From: an uncultured Candidatus Binatia bacterium
GTDB taxonomy: Bacteria; Desulfobacterota; Binatia; UBA9968; JAJDTQ01
Reading direction: 5' to 3'
DNA: 64,000 nucleotides
Assembly (NCBI GenBank): GCA_965213675.1
Contig: OZ243916.1
Span: forward strand, 512,001-576,000
Numbering within the stretch: the first letter of the stretch is position 1; the number at the start of each line of letters is the position of its first letter. Position numbers and translations under genes: made by a program. Below the pieces are notes generated by a model that was not told where the DNA came from, ran no database searches, and saw only the letters and a list, made by a program, of their open reading frames with translations. Shown piece after piece: positions 49,815 to 59,231 of this stretch.

Positions 49815-49979
49815 CCAGTGTGGTGTCTGGTTAATTCGCGTCATAATCTGCGGGTCTTATTCGCCGTCGGCTGCGTTGCTCTTCCTCGCGTGGTACCCGC
49901 CACTGCTCGTCATCGCGCCTTGCCGACAACAAAAAATCCTCCGCAGTTTATGACGCGAATTAACCAGACACCACACTAG
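49815..49979. mobile_element. MITE-like palindromic element, copy 3
   Basis: Same TIRs and length; CCAG/CTAG flanks; 12 bp upstream of the phyH ATG. Confidence 0.9.
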
Positions 49980-50124
49980 AACATCTGTGTATGTGGATTA
50001 GGACAAAAGCCAACGGGCCAAGAGACAATCTGGCGTCAGCGGTACATTCTGTCAACCTCGCCTGGAGGGGATGCGTGGCGCCATGATGCTCCAGGCCGGG
50101 AGGCGCGGCAGCCTGGAGCCAATG

Positions 50125-51315
50125 CTACAGTTTGGCCGCTTGGCGCAGGCTGGCGATCATCGAGACCCGCAGCAGGTAGTCGTAGGACTTCTTCGGGTCG
50201 GCGGCGGTCTCGCGCAGGGTGCGGCGGAACTCTTCCTGGCGCTCGGGGTCGCGGGCCTCCAGGTTGCGCTTGTTGCGCGTGGAGTGGAGGTTGGCGTACT
50301 CCAGCGCGATGGGCCGGCGCTGGCGCTCGTAGCCGTCGAGCTCCGCATCCGGCGCCTCGCCGCGGCACACCCGCGCAAGTCTTCGGGCCAGGTTGTAGCC
50401 GTCGTGGATGCCGCCGTTCATGCCCATGCCGCCCAGCGGGTTGTTGATGTGGGCGGCGTCGCCGGCGAGGAACGCGCGGCCCTGGCGGTAGCGCGCAGCC
50501 ACCCGCTGGTGCACGGGGTAGAGGGTGCGGTGTTCCACCGGGTAGGGCCGTCCGGTGGGCAGGACGCTCTGCAACCGCCGTTCGATGCCGCTGTCGCTCA
50601 GCACGTCCGCGTCGCTCTCTGCCGGTTGCGTGGGGAACATCACGCGCCACAGTCCAGGCACCCGCAACAGGAAGAACCACTCCACCGGATCCGCAAAGTA
50701 GCTCACGGGCGCGAGCCCGGCGAAGTGCTCTTCGAAACGAAACGGGGTGCTCACCACGAGAAAGCGCTCAGGCCAGGTGAACCCGTCGAAGGGGATGTCC
50801 AGGGCCTTGCGCACGTTGCTGCGGGCGCCGTCCGCGCCCACCAGGTAGCGCCCGCGGAAGCGCCGGGTTTCGCCGTTCTGCCGCACCACCGCGGTGACGG
50901 ACGTCTTGTCCTCCTCCACGCCCGTCACTTCGCTTGCGAAATGCACCGATGCGCCGGGCAGGGTCGCAAGCTTTTCGTAGAGCAGGCGGTTGAGCTTGAA
51001 CTGCTCGCATTGGAGCCGGTAGGGGTGCGCGGTGACGGCGGCGATCTGTCCGAAGTCGAACTCCGCGATGCAGCCGGCGCGCTCGCGGTACTGGAGGGTG
51101 GGCGCCTTCAGGCCCAGCGCCAGGAAGTCCTCCATCACGCCGGTGGACGCCAGCATGTCCAGGGTGGGCGGATGAAAGGTGGATGCGCGCAGCGTTTCCG
51201 GCAGCGCCGGTTCCGCCTCCAGCACGGTGACGGGTATTTCGTGCTGAGCGAGGTACACCGCCGCCACCAGCCCCACGGGTCCGGCGCCCGCCACCAGCAC
51301 GCGCTCCGCGCTCAT
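50125..51315 (-). CDS. FAD-dependent monooxygenase (MhpA/PheA-like)
   Basis: GAGPVG, VGADGARS, LAGDAAHINNPLGGMGMNGGIHD. Confidence 0.9.
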   Translation of the reverse strand: MSAERVLVAGAGPVGLVAAVYLAQHEIPVTVLEAEPALPETLRASTFHPPTLDMLASTGVMEDFLALGLKAPTLQYRERAGCIAEFDFGQIAAVTAHPYRLQCEQFKLNRLLYEKLATLPGASVHFASEVTGVEEDKTSVTAVVRQNGETRRFRGRYLVGADGARSNVRKALDIPFDGFTWPERFLVVSTPFRFEEHFAGLAPVSYFADPVEWFFLLRVPGLWRVMFPTQPAESDADVLSDSGIERRLQSVLPTGRPYPVEHRTLYPVHQRVAARYRQGRAFLAGDAAHINNPLGGMGMNGGIHDGYNLARRLARVCRGEAPDAELDGYERQRRPIALEYANLHSTRNKRNLEARDPERQEEFRRTLRETAADPKKSYDYLLRVSMIASLRQAAKL

Positions 51316-51474
51316 GTCGTTGGCAGGGCGATCAGGCACGAATCCGTCTTTGCGCGAAACCGGCTGTCTCGATACTCGCCGGGCGGGGACGTCACGAGGC
51401 GTCCATGCCATTTCATGGCGGGGCGAAGGATGGACACGGCCTGGGCAGGGGCAACCCCGGCGGATCGGGTGACC

Positions 51475-52434
51475 CTACCGGAAGTGCGGCATGATGTGCT
51501 CGGTGCACACGTCCAGGTGCTGGAACTGGTCCTTGGCGGCGAAGCGCACGATGAATGTCTGGATGCCGGCCTCGGCGTACTGGTTGATGAAATCCACCAC
51601 CTCGTGGGTGCCGCCGGCCTTGACCACGAGCTGCGCGGCCACCTGCTCGTAGGTCTTGTGGTAGTAGGCCTCCAGGAACGCGCCGCCTTCGCGCCGGGCC
51701 TTGTCGGCGTCGGGGTCGATGTGGATGGTGAGGTAGAGGCAGCGGTGGATGTCGCCGGGGTTGCGTCCGGCGTCGCTGGCGAAGTCTTCGAGCTTTTTCT
51801 GCGACTCCTTGAAGACCTGGAGTGACGGGATGTTGGTGATCCAGGCATCGCCATAGAGGGCGGCGCGCTTGAGCCCGCTGTCCACGTCGTTGCTGGAAAC
51901 CCACACGGGGACGCCGGGCCGCTGCACGGGCTTGGGCAGCAGCGAGAGGTCCTGGATGGTGTAGTACTTGTTCTCGTGGGTGACGTTGTCCCCGGCCCAC
52001 AGCATCTTCATGATCTTCAGCACCTGGCTCAGGCGTCCGGCCTTCTGGTTGAAGGGTACGCCGCAGGCCGTGTACTCGTCCTCGAACATCTTGTCGTTGC
52101 GCGACACGCCCACGCCGCAGATCAGACGCCCGGCACTGAGCACATCGACGCTGGCCAGGGCTTGGGCCAGCACCACCGGGTTGCGCATGGCCGCCAGCAG
52201 CACCGCGGTGCCGATCCTCACGCGCTGGGTCTTCACCGCCAGCGCCCCCAGGGTGCTGATGACCTCCAGGCGCGATTTGGCCGTGACGCTGTCGCCGATC
52301 CACACCGAGTCGTAACCGGCCTCCTCGACGGCGGTGGCCAGGTTGAAGACGGGGCTCAGGTCCGGGACCGCGGTTTGGGCGAGGATGACGCCGCGGGTCG
52401 GTAGCAGGATGCCGAAGCTGAGTTTGTGGTTCAT
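51475..52434 (-). CDS. LLM-class flavin/F420-dependent oxidoreductase
   Basis: EEAGYDSVWIGDS, RIGTAVLL, DVLSAGRLICGVG, PKPVQRPG. Confidence 0.88.
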   Translation of the reverse strand: MNHKLSFGILLPTRGVILAQTAVPDLSPVFNLATAVEEAGYDSVWIGDSVTAKSRLEVISTLGALAVKTQRVRIGTAVLLAAMRNPVVLAQALASVDVLSAGRLICGVGVSRNDKMFEDEYTACGVPFNQKAGRLSQVLKIMKMLWAGDNVTHENKYYTIQDLSLLPKPVQRPGVPVWVSSNDVDSGLKRAALYGDAWITNIPSLQVFKESQKKLEDFASDAGRNPGDIHRCLYLTIHIDPDADKARREGGAFLEAYYHKTYEQVAAQLVVKAGGTHEVVDFINQYAEAGIQTFIVRFAAKDQFQHLDVCTEHIMPHFR

Positions 52435-52537
52435 GGGGTTCTCCAGTGAGGATGCTTTCGTGATGGCGCCATGGACGGTGGGTCCGTACACTGGGCCTGC
52501 GCTCGTGGCGGCTCAGGGGGCAACCGTGGCTTGCGGT

Positions 52538-54097
52538 TCAAATACGCACGAACAAATCGCGGGCGCCTTCGTTGGTGAGTTGGCTGATGGTGGTGATCCG
52601 GTCGCTGAACTCCTGGAGGGTCCCCAACGAGTTGGAACCCACGTCGATGAGGATGGAGAAGAGCGAAAAGCTCAGCCGGTCCTTCTCCCGCAGAAATCGT
52701 TCGGACCATTCTTCCGACACGCGGCACTCGCCGTCCGTGATGAAGACGATGTCTCCCTTCTTATATCGGGATTTCTTCAGGCACTCCAGCGCTGCGTCCA
52801 GCGGCTGCTCGAAGTCGGTGCCGCCGCCGGGAAAGTGTTCGGCGAGGTCCATGAGCTTGTCCGGCTCCACCTCGCCGCCGCGCCGGGTGGTCATGTCCAG
52901 GACGTGCAGAGCGGCATTCCGCGAGGAAAAGCAGATGGAGCGGAACGGGCGGCGCTGGCGCCGGGTCAGCTCCAGCAGGGTCAGGGTCACGGCCTTGGAC
53001 CACAACTCCTTGTCCCCGGCCATGGAGGAGCTGCCGTCGAGGCACACCACCACCGGCCCCTTGCGCTTCTCCTCCATGCCCCGGAGGGAGTACTGCAGGA
53101 GCTGGTTCTCCAGGAGACGGCGCTGGAAGTCCCGGTGCAGCAACGGCTGGCGCAGCGCCGCCAGCTCCTGGGGCAGCAGGCGCTCCAGCGCGCCCCCTTG
53201 TTCCACCGAGTAGAGCTCCTCGTTGGCGCGCTCGAAGGTGCGCTTGCGCAGCGCCAGCGCATGGGATTTCATGCGTCCGACCATGCGGATGAGCTTCTTG
53301 AGCTTCTCGTTGCCCGCGAGCCGCCGCCCCAACTCAAGCCGCCGGTCCGCGGGGAGGCGCCCGCCGCCGCCCAGGGCGGAGCCCCACGCTTCCGCTTCCG
53401 CCGCGGCTTCCTCTAGCTGTTGGGCGGCGCGGATGGCGGACGCCTGCACCCGCGCCCTGGCTTCGTTGCCCGTGCGGTGGAGGTCTTCGGTCAACTGCCG
53501 CCGCTTCTGCCGGATGGACGCCGCTTCGCCCCGCAGCCGGCTCTGGAGGCGCTCCCGGACTTTCGCCAGCGCGTCCTCCTTGCCCTCCTGCCCGGCCAGT
53601 TCGCCCGCGTGCTCCAGCATTTCCTGGACCTTGTGGAACTCCTCCTCCTGCTGGCGCAGTTTCCAGGTATCCATCATGTCGTGGCGCGTCCACGGCTTTT
53701 CCGACTTGAGCATGGCGAGGAGCCCCTCGCCCACTAGCAGGGTGCACAGTCCGGCCCTGGCCTCGTCCAGCACGGTCATTTCCCGCAGGATGCGGCTCAC
53801 CTCGCCGCCGTGGAGCGCGTCGAGAAGCGTCCGGTTGAGCGCGGCGCTGGGGAGCAGGTCGGCTTCGGCGACAAAGACGATGTTGTACTTGAACAGCAGG
53901 CAGAAGACGTCCCGCAGCAGTGAAGGGAAATGGGGCAGCAGCGCCTGGCCGGCGCGCTCCAACTCGCGCAGCGACGCGGCGTTCCGGCGAAGCTGCCCGT
54001 AGGCGTGCCGGTCGTAGCGGTCGCTCTCGATCCAGTTGGCGTTGTCCGGCAGGCCGGGCAGCGGAACGGGCCGTTTCTTCGCGGTCCCGCGGGCCAC
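52538..54097 (-). CDS. viaA: VWA-domain partner of MoxR ATPase (ViaA-like)
   Basis: RLLPQELAAL, GPVVVCLDGSSSMAG (MIDAS), GGTDFEQPL, DIVFITDG. Confidence 0.82.
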   Translation of the reverse strand: MARGTAKKRPVPLPGLPDNANWIESDRYDRHAYGQLRRNAASLRELERAGQALLPHFPSLLRDVFCLLFKYNIVFVAEADLLPSAALNRTLLDALHGGEVSRILREMTVLDEARAGLCTLLVGEGLLAMLKSEKPWTRHDMMDTWKLRQQEEEFHKVQEMLEHAGELAGQEGKEDALAKVRERLQSRLRGEAASIRQKRRQLTEDLHRTGNEARARVQASAIRAAQQLEEAAAEAEAWGSALGGGGRLPADRRLELGRRLAGNEKLKKLIRMVGRMKSHALALRKRTFERANEELYSVEQGGALERLLPQELAALRQPLLHRDFQRRLLENQLLQYSLRGMEEKRKGPVVVCLDGSSSMAGDKELWSKAVTLTLLELTRRQRRPFRSICFSSRNAALHVLDMTTRRGGEVEPDKLMDLAEHFPGGGTDFEQPLDAALECLKKSRYKKGDIVFITDGECRVSEEWSERFLREKDRLSFSLFSILIDVGSNSLGTLQEFSDRITTISQLTNEGARDLFVRI

Positions 54098-55215
54098 TAC
54101 ATCTCCTCCAGCATGCGCTTCTGCAGGGTCTGGATCTCTTCGCGCATGCCTTCCACCCGGACCACGGGACGCTCCGCGCTGGAAGCCTTCTCGATGAGCT
54201 GCTCCAGCCGGGCCAGGATGTTGCGCAGCTTGGTGTGCCCCTCGATGAGGGCCTGTGAGCGCAGATCCTCCGTTTCCCACGGGCGCTGCACATACTCGCC
54301 GATTTCCCGCGCCTGATAGAGCAGTTCCTGTGCTTCCTTTTCGTAGCCCAGCACGATCTCCCGGATGACCGCGCTGACCTCGGCGTGCTCCGAGGGCTCC
54401 CGCCACAGCACGTGCTCGAGGAACAGCAGGCTCTGGTCGGAGACCTGCGCGTCGCCCGCCAGATACGAATGGGCCTTCATGAGCGCCAGGGACTGGCGGT
54501 AGCGCCGGTCCGAGGCCACCATCTGTTTCTTGCCGAGTTGCCGGCGGATTTCGGCCATGGCCCGGTGCACGTGGCCTGGAACAGGCTGCGCGGCCGCCTC
54601 GCGCTGCAGCGCGTTCAGTTCGCTCAGGGTGAGGCAAACCCGCGCCGCTTGCGGCGCCGCCTCCAGCATGCGCAGGAAGCGGTAATCCTCCTGGATGTAA
54701 TCCACCACGAAGCGGAGCAGGAAACGGTCGTACAAGGCGGTCAACTCGTCGTCTTCGGGCAACTCGTTGCTGGCGCCGAACAGGGTGATGAGCGGCACGT
54801 CGCGCACTTGCTGTCCGTTGTGAAAGCGCCGTTCGTTGATGATGGTGAGGATCGAGTTGAGGATGGACGAGTTGGCCTTGAATACCTCGTCCAGGAACGC
54901 GATGTGGGCCTCCGGCAGCTTGCCGGTGGTGACCCGCCGGTAGTCGTCCTGTTCAAGCCCCTTGAGGCTCACCGCGCCGAACAGTTCCTCGGGTGCGGTG
55001 AAGCGTGTCAGGAGCCACTGAAAATAGTCGGCGCCTTCGATGCGGCGGCACAACTCGTCCGCCAGCATCGATTTGGCCGTCCCGGGCGGCCCGATGACGA
55101 GCAGGTTCCGGGCCGAAAGCAGCGCCGCGAGAGCGCCGTCGATCAACTCGCCGCGCTCCAGGAACATCTGTCGCAGCTCCTCGCGCAGCGCCAGCAGTTT
55201 TTCCTTGGGGGTCAT
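54097..55215 (-). CDS. ravA: MoxR AAA+ ATPase, RavA subfamily
   Basis: GPPGTAKS, WLLTRFTAPEELFG, FLDEVFKANSSILN, ASNELP, ALYDRF, SDRR. Confidence 0.88.
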   Translation of the reverse strand: MTPKEKLLALREELRQMFLERGELIDGALAALLSARNLLVIGPPGTAKSMLADELCRRIEGADYFQWLLTRFTAPEELFGAVSLKGLEQDDYRRVTTGKLPEAHIAFLDEVFKANSSILNSILTIINERRFHNGQQVRDVPLITLFGASNELPEDDELTALYDRFLLRFVVDYIQEDYRFLRMLEAAPQAARVCLTLSELNALQREAAAQPVPGHVHRAMAEIRRQLGKKQMVASDRRYRQSLALMKAHSYLAGDAQVSDQSLLFLEHVLWREPSEHAEVSAVIREIVLGYEKEAQELLYQAREIGEYVQRPWETEDLRSQALIEGHTKLRNILARLEQLIEKASSAERPVVRVEGMREEIQTLQKRMLEEM

Positions 55216-55362
55216 GTCGGAGGCCTGAGGAACGTGTAACAAAAGCGGGTGAGCCGCACAAATATGTTGCAACCCTTCAACGGACGTTTTACCTTGGCAT
55301 CAGGAGGGGATGGGCGGCGGCCGTGGCTGTCGCCCGCAACCAGGCGGACAGGAGGGAAGCCC

Positions 55363-56181
55363 ATGCCGATTATCACGATCATTCGTGGCGCGTTTGGCGC
55401 GGGGCCGGAGGTCGCCGAGCGGGTGGCGCAGGACCTGGGCTACTCGTGCGTGGACCGGGAGGTGCTGATCGAGGCGAGCAACCGGTACGGCATTCCCGAG
55501 GCCAAGTACGAGGAGGTGCTGGAGTCGGGGCCGCACTGGTGGGAGCGCTGGCGCGAGAGCCTGCGATTGTATCGCATCACGCTTCAGGCGGCCATGTGCG
55601 AAATGGCGCGCGACGGCCAGATCGTCTACCACGGCCACATGGGCCAGGAACTCCTGCCCGGCATCAGCCACGTGCTCAAGGTACTGCTGACCGCGCCGCT
55701 GGAATATCAGGTGGAGCAGGTGCGGGACCGGGAAGGTCTCGACGAGGCCGGCGGCCGGCGTTACGTGGAGAACGTCAACAAGGCGCGCTCCCGGCGCATG
55801 GAGGCCGTCTTCGGCGCGGACTGGCGCGACGCGTCGCGCTATGACCTGGTGCTCAACGCCGGACAGATGACGGTGGACACCCTGGCGCGGTTGATCGAGG
55901 ACGCGGCCGGGCGTCCCGAATACCAGAAGACCGCGGAGTCCGAGCAGGTCTTCGCCGACCTGTCCCTGACGTCGCGGGTCCAGGCGGCGCTCGTCGTGTC
56001 GCCCAAGACCCGCAACCTGAACGTGCGCGTGCGGACAAGCGCGGGCGTGGCGCATATCTCCGGCATCCTGACCCAGCCCGCCCTGCAGGAAGAGATTGTC
56101 GCGGTGGCCAAGGAGGTGCCCGGAACCACGGAAGTGGAGACCGACTTCGAATCGCCGCCGGTGGAGTACATGTTCCCGTAA
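55363..56181 (+). CDS. Cytidylate kinase-like family protein with C-terminal BON domain
   Basis: IITIIRGAFGAG..VAERVA..LGY..VDRE, RYDLVLN; BON-like tail. Confidence 0.78.
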   Translation: MPIITIIRGAFGAGPEVAERVAQDLGYSCVDREVLIEASNRYGIPEAKYEEVLESGPHWWERWRESLRLYRITLQAAMCEMARDGQIVYHGHMGQELLPGISHVLKVLLTAPLEYQVEQVRDREGLDEAGGRRYVENVNKARSRRMEAVFGADWRDASRYDLVLNAGQMTVDTLARLIEDAAGRPEYQKTAESEQVFADLSLTSRVQAALVVSPKTRNLNVRVRTSAGVAHISGILTQPALQEEIVAVAKEVPGTTEVETDFESPPVEYMFP

Positions 56182-56262
56182 CCGGACGCGCATCCGCGTT
56201 GGGAGGGACCCCACGCCGGCGGAGCGGTCCAGAGAACGGCCCGGAGAATCAAGAGGCTACAA

Positions 56263-57234
56263 ATGGCACAGAAGAGCATTCTGGTGACCGGCGGCACCGG
56301 TCTGGTAGGCGCGTACGTGGTGGGAATGCTGCAGGAGCGGGGCGAGCGCCCGGTCATCTTCGACGTGGCGGTCAACGAGCGCCTGCTCCGGGCCGTGGGC
56401 GTCGATCCGGCGTCGGTGGAGACCGTGCGCGGCGACATCCTGGACCTGCCGCAACTGGTGAGCGCGGTGCGCGACCATGATGTCGGCCAGGTCATCCATC
56501 TGGCGGCGTTTCTCGGGGAGGAAGTGCAGCGGCGCCCCTACACCGGCGTGCGCCTGAATCTCATGGGGACGGTCAACGTGCTCGAGGCGGTGCGGCTGGA
56601 GAACGTGCCGCGGATGACGTTCCCGAGTTCGGGAACCGTCTATCTGGGTTCCATGGGGGAGGGCCTTCCGACCATCGACGAGACCGTTCCCGTCAATCCG
56701 CCGTCGGTCTACGCCGCCACCAAGGGCGGGTGCGAGTTTCTCGGCAACGCCTACGCCAGGATGTACGGCTTCGAGTTCGTGTGCGTCCGTTACGTGGGAG
56801 GGCTGTACGGCCCGTCGCCCACCGCCATGAAGGCCACCCGGGAGCAGGCCATCCAGGACATGATCCGCGCGGCGTTGAAGGGGGAGGACGCGGTCATCAA
56901 CTGGCCTTATGGCCCCACGGAGATTCTCTATGGCAAGGACGCCGCCACCGCCACGGTCCTGGCGGCGCTGAAGCCGGAGCACAAGGACCGGCTCTTCCAC
57001 ATCGGCTGCAGCGGCATGGTCACCGGCGACGACGTTCTCGCGGCTTTGAAGAAGCATTTCCCGGAGTCCCGCGTGGCGCTGCAACGGGGCAGCGATCCCA
57101 TGTCCTATCCGTCCAATCGGGCCCTGACCGACCTGTCGCGCGCGGCGGAGCAATTGGGTTTCGAGGCCGAATACACCCTGGACAAGGCCATGGCGGACTA
57201 CGCCGAGACCATGAGGAAGCTCGAGGGCCTTTAG
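56263..57234 (+). CDS. NAD-dependent epimerase/dehydratase
   Basis: TGGTGLVG, IHLAA, YAATK. Confidence 0.88.
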   Translation: MAQKSILVTGGTGLVGAYVVGMLQERGERPVIFDVAVNERLLRAVGVDPASVETVRGDILDLPQLVSAVRDHDVGQVIHLAAFLGEEVQRRPYTGVRLNLMGTVNVLEAVRLENVPRMTFPSSGTVYLGSMGEGLPTIDETVPVNPPSVYAATKGGCEFLGNAYARMYGFEFVCVRYVGGLYGPSPTAMKATREQAIQDMIRAALKGEDAVINWPYGPTEILYGKDAATATVLAALKPEHKDRLFHIGCSGMVTGDDVLAALKKHFPESRVALQRGSDPMSYPSNRALTDLSRAAEQLGFEAEYTLDKAMADYAETMRKLEGL

Positions 57235-57312
57235 GATGACGTGTTTGCCGGCCCCTGAATCCCATGCGGGCGGCGCAATGCCGGCCGCCGGTTCGGTCTT
57301 TCCTTACGAGTC

Positions 57313-57900
57313 ATGATCGCCGCCGTCGTGCTGTCCGCGGGCGCTTCGAGCCGCATGGGCCGGCCCAAGGCGCTGTTGCCGCTGGACGGGGTTCCCTTCA
57401 TCGAGCGCATCGTGCGCGCGCTGGAGCGGACCCGAGTGGAGCGGACTTTGGTGGTGCTGGGCCACAATGCCGGGGCCATGCGTGAAGCCATCGCCTATCT
57501 CGGCGTGGACACGGTGGTGAACCCGGACTACGCGCGCGGGCAACTCTCCTCGCTTCATGTTGCCATCCGGGCATTGGAAGGCGAGCCCGTGGAAGCGATC
57601 CTGGTTCATTTGGTGGACCACCCGTTCATCGAGAGCCGTCTCGTGGACCGGATGATCGAACGCTTCCGGGCGGACGGGAAGCTCATCGTGGTGCCGCGCT
57701 TCAACGGCCGGCGCGGCCATCCCGTGCTCTTCTCCGCGCGGCTCTTCCCCGAGTTTCTGGCCGCTTCGCTCGACACCGGCGCCAAGCCGGTGGTGCGGGG
57801 CCACCCCGACGAGACGCTCGAGTTGGACACCGACGAGGCGGGCGTCCTCGTGGACATCGACACGCCCGAGGAATACCGAAAGCATGTCAGGGAGCCGTAG
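57313..57900 (+). CDS. mocA: Molybdenum cofactor cytidylyltransferase-like nucleotidyltransferase
   Basis: LSAGASSRMGRPKALL, GQLSSL, VDHP, GHPVLF, DIDTPEEY. Confidence 0.82.
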   Translation: MIAAVVLSAGASSRMGRPKALLPLDGVPFIERIVRALERTRVERTLVVLGHNAGAMREAIAYLGVDTVVNPDYARGQLSSLHVAIRALEGEPVEAILVHLVDHPFIESRLVDRMIERFRADGKLIVVPRFNGRRGHPVLFSARLFPEFLAASLDTGAKPVVRGHPDETLELDTDEAGVLVDIDTPEEYRKHVREP

Positions 57901-58038
57901 TCCGTTCCCGTCGAGGGCGGCCGCGTTGGCGCCGCTGTGCGAGGGCCCGGGCCGAACTCACGGGCGCTCGTGCGCGAACGGGTCCTCGGGGCGCGTGCCG
58001 TGGATCCGGTGGGTGCGAGTCTTCACAAGGAGCGGTGA

Positions 58039-59010
58039 ATGTCCCGGTTGAAGCTGAACTTTGCCTGCGGCAGTTATGATCTCCTGCGTCCCCTGTGGGA
58101 GAAGGTGGTGGAACCCGCGGGCGTCGATCTGAACGTCATGACCATGCCGTCGCCCGAACGCCATGGACGCATGCTGCGTCACGAGGAGTTCGACGCGTGC
58201 GAGCTGTCGCTGGTGGGTTATCTCGTGGCCCATGACCAGGGGCGCGACTTCACCGCCATTCCGGCGTTTCCGCACCGGCGTTTCCGTCACAGCTACATGG
58301 TCAAGCGCACCGGGTGCGGCATCGAGACGCCCGCGGACCTGAACGGCAAGCGCATTGGCCTGGATACGCTCCAGAACTCCGCGGGCCTGTGGATGCGCGG
58401 CATTCTGCAGGACTACTACGGCGTGGACCTGCGCACGGTGGAGTGGTGGTGCCAGGAGGAGGAAGACGTGCCTCTGGAGCCGGCCTCGTGGATGAATATC
58501 CACCGGGTGCGTGAAGGCCGGGACATCGACGAGATGCTGTGCGCCGGAGAGTTGGAAGGGTCGCTCTATCCCGAGGTGCTGCCGTCGATCCGCTCCGGCT
58601 CCGACAAGGTGGCGCTGCTCTTCCCGGAACCCCGGCAGGCGGAGGTGGAGTACTACCGCCGGAGCGGCATCTTCCCCATCATGCACACGGTGGTGGTCAA
58701 GGACGAGATACTGGAGCGGAACCCCTGGGTGGCGGTGAGCCTGCTGCAGGCCCTCCAGCGGTCCAAGGAAGTCTGCTACGAGCGCATGCGCGACCCCCGA
58801 AGCCTGGCCCTGGTGTGGGCCAAGGAAGAGCTTCAGGAGCAGCACGCCATCTTCGGGCCCGACCCTTGGCCCTACAACCTGGACGACAACCGCCCCGCGC
58901 TGGAAGCCGCGGTCCGCTACGAGTTCGAGCAGGGCATGATCAAGCACAAGCCCGCGATCGAAGAGCTGTTCTTCCCGCCCTCCCTCCAGGAGATCCAGCA
59001 CTACGTCTGA
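58039..59010 (+). CDS. 4,5-dihydroxyphthalate decarboxylase-like (PBP-fold) protein
   Basis: ACGSYD, EFDACELS, FPHRRFRHS, GIFPIMH, DPWPY. Confidence 0.82.
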   Translation: MSRLKLNFACGSYDLLRPLWEKVVEPAGVDLNVMTMPSPERHGRMLRHEEFDACELSLVGYLVAHDQGRDFTAIPAFPHRRFRHSYMVKRTGCGIETPADLNGKRIGLDTLQNSAGLWMRGILQDYYGVDLRTVEWWCQEEEDVPLEPASWMNIHRVREGRDIDEMLCAGELEGSLYPEVLPSIRSGSDKVALLFPEPRQAEVEYYRRSGIFPIMHTVVVKDEILERNPWVAVSLLQALQRSKEVCYERMRDPRSLALVWAKEELQEQHAIFGPDPWPYNLDDNRPALEAAVRYEFEQGMIKHKPAIEELFFPPSLQEIQHYV

Positions 59011-59231
59011 GACGTCACGCCCATCAGGTTCCCGACGGGTGCGGCGACTTGTTGACGCCATCCACCGGACCTGTGGAAAACCTGTTCACATGCCGTTGTA
59101 CCGGGCGGTTCCAGCCCTTGAGAAACGGCTGTGTCAGCGACCTGCACAGAGAGTAACCAGGGGTTCGCTCGTGTTTTCGGGTGGTTATCTCCAAATGTGG
59201 CTGGACAGCAGCGGGACGGTCTACGGCACGA

